DNA from: Pseudomonadota bacterium
GTDB lineage: Bacteria; Pseudomonadota; Alphaproteobacteria; Rhodobacterales; Rhodobacteraceae
Length of the DNA stretch: 64,000 bases
Direction: 5' to 3'
NCBI GenBank assembly: GCA_038529225.1
Contig: JBCBDZ010000001.1
Coordinates: 31,496-95,495, forward strand
Shown: in pieces, positions 62,249-64,000 of the stretch
Layout of the letters: each line of letters opens with the position of its first letter
How positions within the stretch are numbered: the stretch's first letter is position 1
The notes under the pieces: generated by a model
Told to the model about the DNA's origin: nothing
Seen by the model: the letters and a program-made list of their open reading frames with translations, nothing else
Databases searched by the model: none
Translations under genes and position numbers: made by a program

Positions 62249-63463
62249 GTGAATAAGCCGAATCCACAGGCTGACGTGCAAAAAGCGCAACGCGCTCTTG
62301 CGCCATCTCCCGCGCCCCAGGTGCCCCCGGTGCGCGCAACCGCGCACCCTGCGCGCATGCGCAAACGGCACTGGGCGGTTCTGCTGAGCTTTGTGGCGAT
62401 GGTGCTGCTGCCCCTGATGATCTTCGGCATTTACCTTTGGGGGGTGGCGGAGGATCGCTATGCCTCCACCGTGGGCTTCATCGTGCGTCAGGAAGAAGGG
62501 CAAAGCGGTTCGGAACTGCTGGGCGGATTGTCGGCGCTGACCGGCGGGACATCGTCGGTGGATGGCGATGTGCTCTATGAATTCATCCGCAGCCAGGATC
62601 TGGTGCGGCGCATCGATGAACGGCTGCAATTGCGAGACTATTACAGCGGTTTCTGGCGCACAGACCCGATATTTGCCCTGTGGCCCGACGCCACGATCGA
62701 GGACATGCTGTGGTATTGGGGCCGCGTTGTGCGGGTGTCCTATAACCAGGCGACCGGGCTGACCGAGCTGCGCATCCAGGCGTTTGATCCGCAGATGGCG
62801 CAGGCCATTGCGGTCGAAGTGGTGGGCGAAAGCCAGGCCGTGGTCAACGCGCTGAACGAACAGGCCCGCGCCGATGCCATCCGCTATGCGGACCTGGAAC
62901 TGACGGAAGCCGAAAACCGGTTGCGCTCGGCGCGCGCCGCCCTGACGGAGTTTCGCATCCGCACGCAAATCGTCGATCTGGAGGCGGACATCCAGGCCCG
63001 CATGGGTGTGGTCAGCAATCTGCAGCAGCGGCTGGCCACGGAACTCGTGGCATTTGACGAATTGTCCACCACGACCAACCGCGACGACCCCCGTGTCAGC
63101 CAGGCCGAACGCCGCATCCAGGTGATCCGGGACCGCATTTCGGACGAACGCCGCACCTTTGCCACCACCGAAGTGCTGGGCACCGGAGAGGATTATCCCA
63201 CGCTGATGTCGGAGTTCGAAGGGTTGTCGGTGGAACGGGCATTCGCCGAAGAGGCCTTTCGGGCCGCCCTTGCCGCGCGCGATGCCGCCCGTGCCGATGC
63301 GGTCCGTCAGAGCCGGTATCTGGCCACATATGTGTCTCCGACACTGGCCGAAAGCGCTGAATTTCCTCAGCGCTTTGTGCTGCTGGCGCTGGCAGCCCTG
63401 TTCTCTTGCCTGGTGTGGTCCATCAGCGTGCTGGTCTATTACTCGATCAGAGACAAGGCGTAG
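62249..63463 (+). CDS. kpsE: Capsule export inner-membrane co-polymerase KpsE/RkpR
   Basis: Two terminal TM segments, a coiled-coil periplasmic region, and RQSRYLATYVSPTLAE..FPQR. Confidence 0.88.
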   Translation: MNKPNPQADVQKAQRALAPSPAPQVPPVRATAHPARMRKRHWAVLLSFVAMVLLPLMIFGIYLWGVAEDRYASTVGFIVRQEEGQSGSELLGGLSALTGGTSSVDGDVLYEFIRSQDLVRRIDERLQLRDYYSGFWRTDPIFALWPDATIEDMLWYWGRVVRVSYNQATGLTELRIQAFDPQMAQAIAVEVVGESQAVVNALNEQARADAIRYADLELTEAENRLRSARAALTEFRIRTQIVDLEADIQARMGVVSNLQQRLATELVAFDELSTTTNRDDPRVSQAERRIQVIRDRISDERRTFATTEVLGTGEDYPTLMSEFEGLSVERAFAEEAFRAALAARDAARADAVRQSRYLATYVSPTLAESAEFPQRFVLLALAALFSCLVWSISVLVYYSIRDKA

Positions 63464-63484
63464 GCAGGACCTGACGGGGGTGGC

Positions 63485-64000
63485 ATGATCCGCTTTGAGC
63501 ATCTGTCCAAGAGCTTTTGGGTCGCTGGCGAGCGCAAGCCGGTGATTAACAACCTCAACCTGACATTACCGACGGGCAAGTCATTGGCATTGCTGGGCCG
63601 CAACGGGGCCGGCAAGTCCACGCTGATGCAGATCATTGCGGGCACGATGTCCTCCGACACGGGTCGGGTGGTGTCGGACGGCACGATTTCCTGGCCTGTG
63701 GCCTTTGGCGGGTCGTTTCATCCGCAGATGACGGGCGAACAGAACGTCCGCTTTGTGGCGCGCATCTACGGGGTGGACACCGACAGTCTGATCGACTTCG
63801 TGCAGGACTTCGCCGAGATCGGAAAGCACTTTTACATGCCGGTGCGCACCTATTCGGCCGGGATGAAGACGCGCCTGACATTCGGGACGTCGATGGGCAT
63901 TCAATTCGACACCTACCTGGTGGACGAGACCACGGCCGTGGGCGATGCACGGTTTCGCCGCAAGAGCCGCGCGGTCTTTCGGGATCGTATGGCCCGCAGC
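63485..64000 (+). CDS. kpsT: Capsular polysaccharide ABC transporter ATP-binding protein (truncated by window end)
   Basis: MIRFEHLSKSF...GRNGAGKST...TYSAGMKTRL...YLVDE, read manually from ATG 63485. Confidence 0.9.
   Translation, partial: MIRFEHLSKSFWVAGERKPVINNLNLTLPTGKSLALLGRNGAGKSTLMQIIAGTMSSDTGRVVSDGTISWPVAFGGSFHPQMTGEQNVRFVARIYGVDTDSLIDFVQDFAEIGKHFYMPVRTYSAGMKTRLTFGTSMGIQFDTYLVDETTAVGDARFRRKSRAVFRDRMARS

Overview
This 64-kb window looks like part of a Rhodobacteraceae (Roseobacter-type) RepA plasmid or chromid. It carries a repA / ori / parA / parB module at about 55-59 kb, and almost all of the rest is surface-glycan biosynthesis. That includes a Wzx/Wzy-type EPS cluster, a KpsM/E/T ABC capsule exporter, GDP-fucose (manC, gmd, fcl) and UDP-Galf (glf) precursor genes, many GT2/GT4/GT10/GT-C glycosyltransferases, four sulfotransferase-like proteins, methyltransferases, three O-acetylation systems, and exosortase D with a VPLPA-CTERM substrate. 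The main surprise is a set of orphan gene-transfer-agent (GTA) receptor-binding genes with no capsid or terminase genes in the window. One is a four-gene operon (22820->18048): an Rcc01079-like head-spike base, a translationally coupled head-fibre-like protein carrying a SASA O-acetylesterase, a LamG-like protein, and a PKD/beta-helix-like protein. The other is a DUF2793 (Rcc00171-like) tail fibre next to repA. A perfect CtrA box precedes an O-acetyltransferase. Together these suggest, as inference, a plasmid-borne 'lock-and-key' cassette that makes a capsule and also supplies matching GTA adhesins in trans. All family assignments come from motif recognition and recall, not from database searches. 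No tRNA, rRNA, CRISPR array or transposase was seen.
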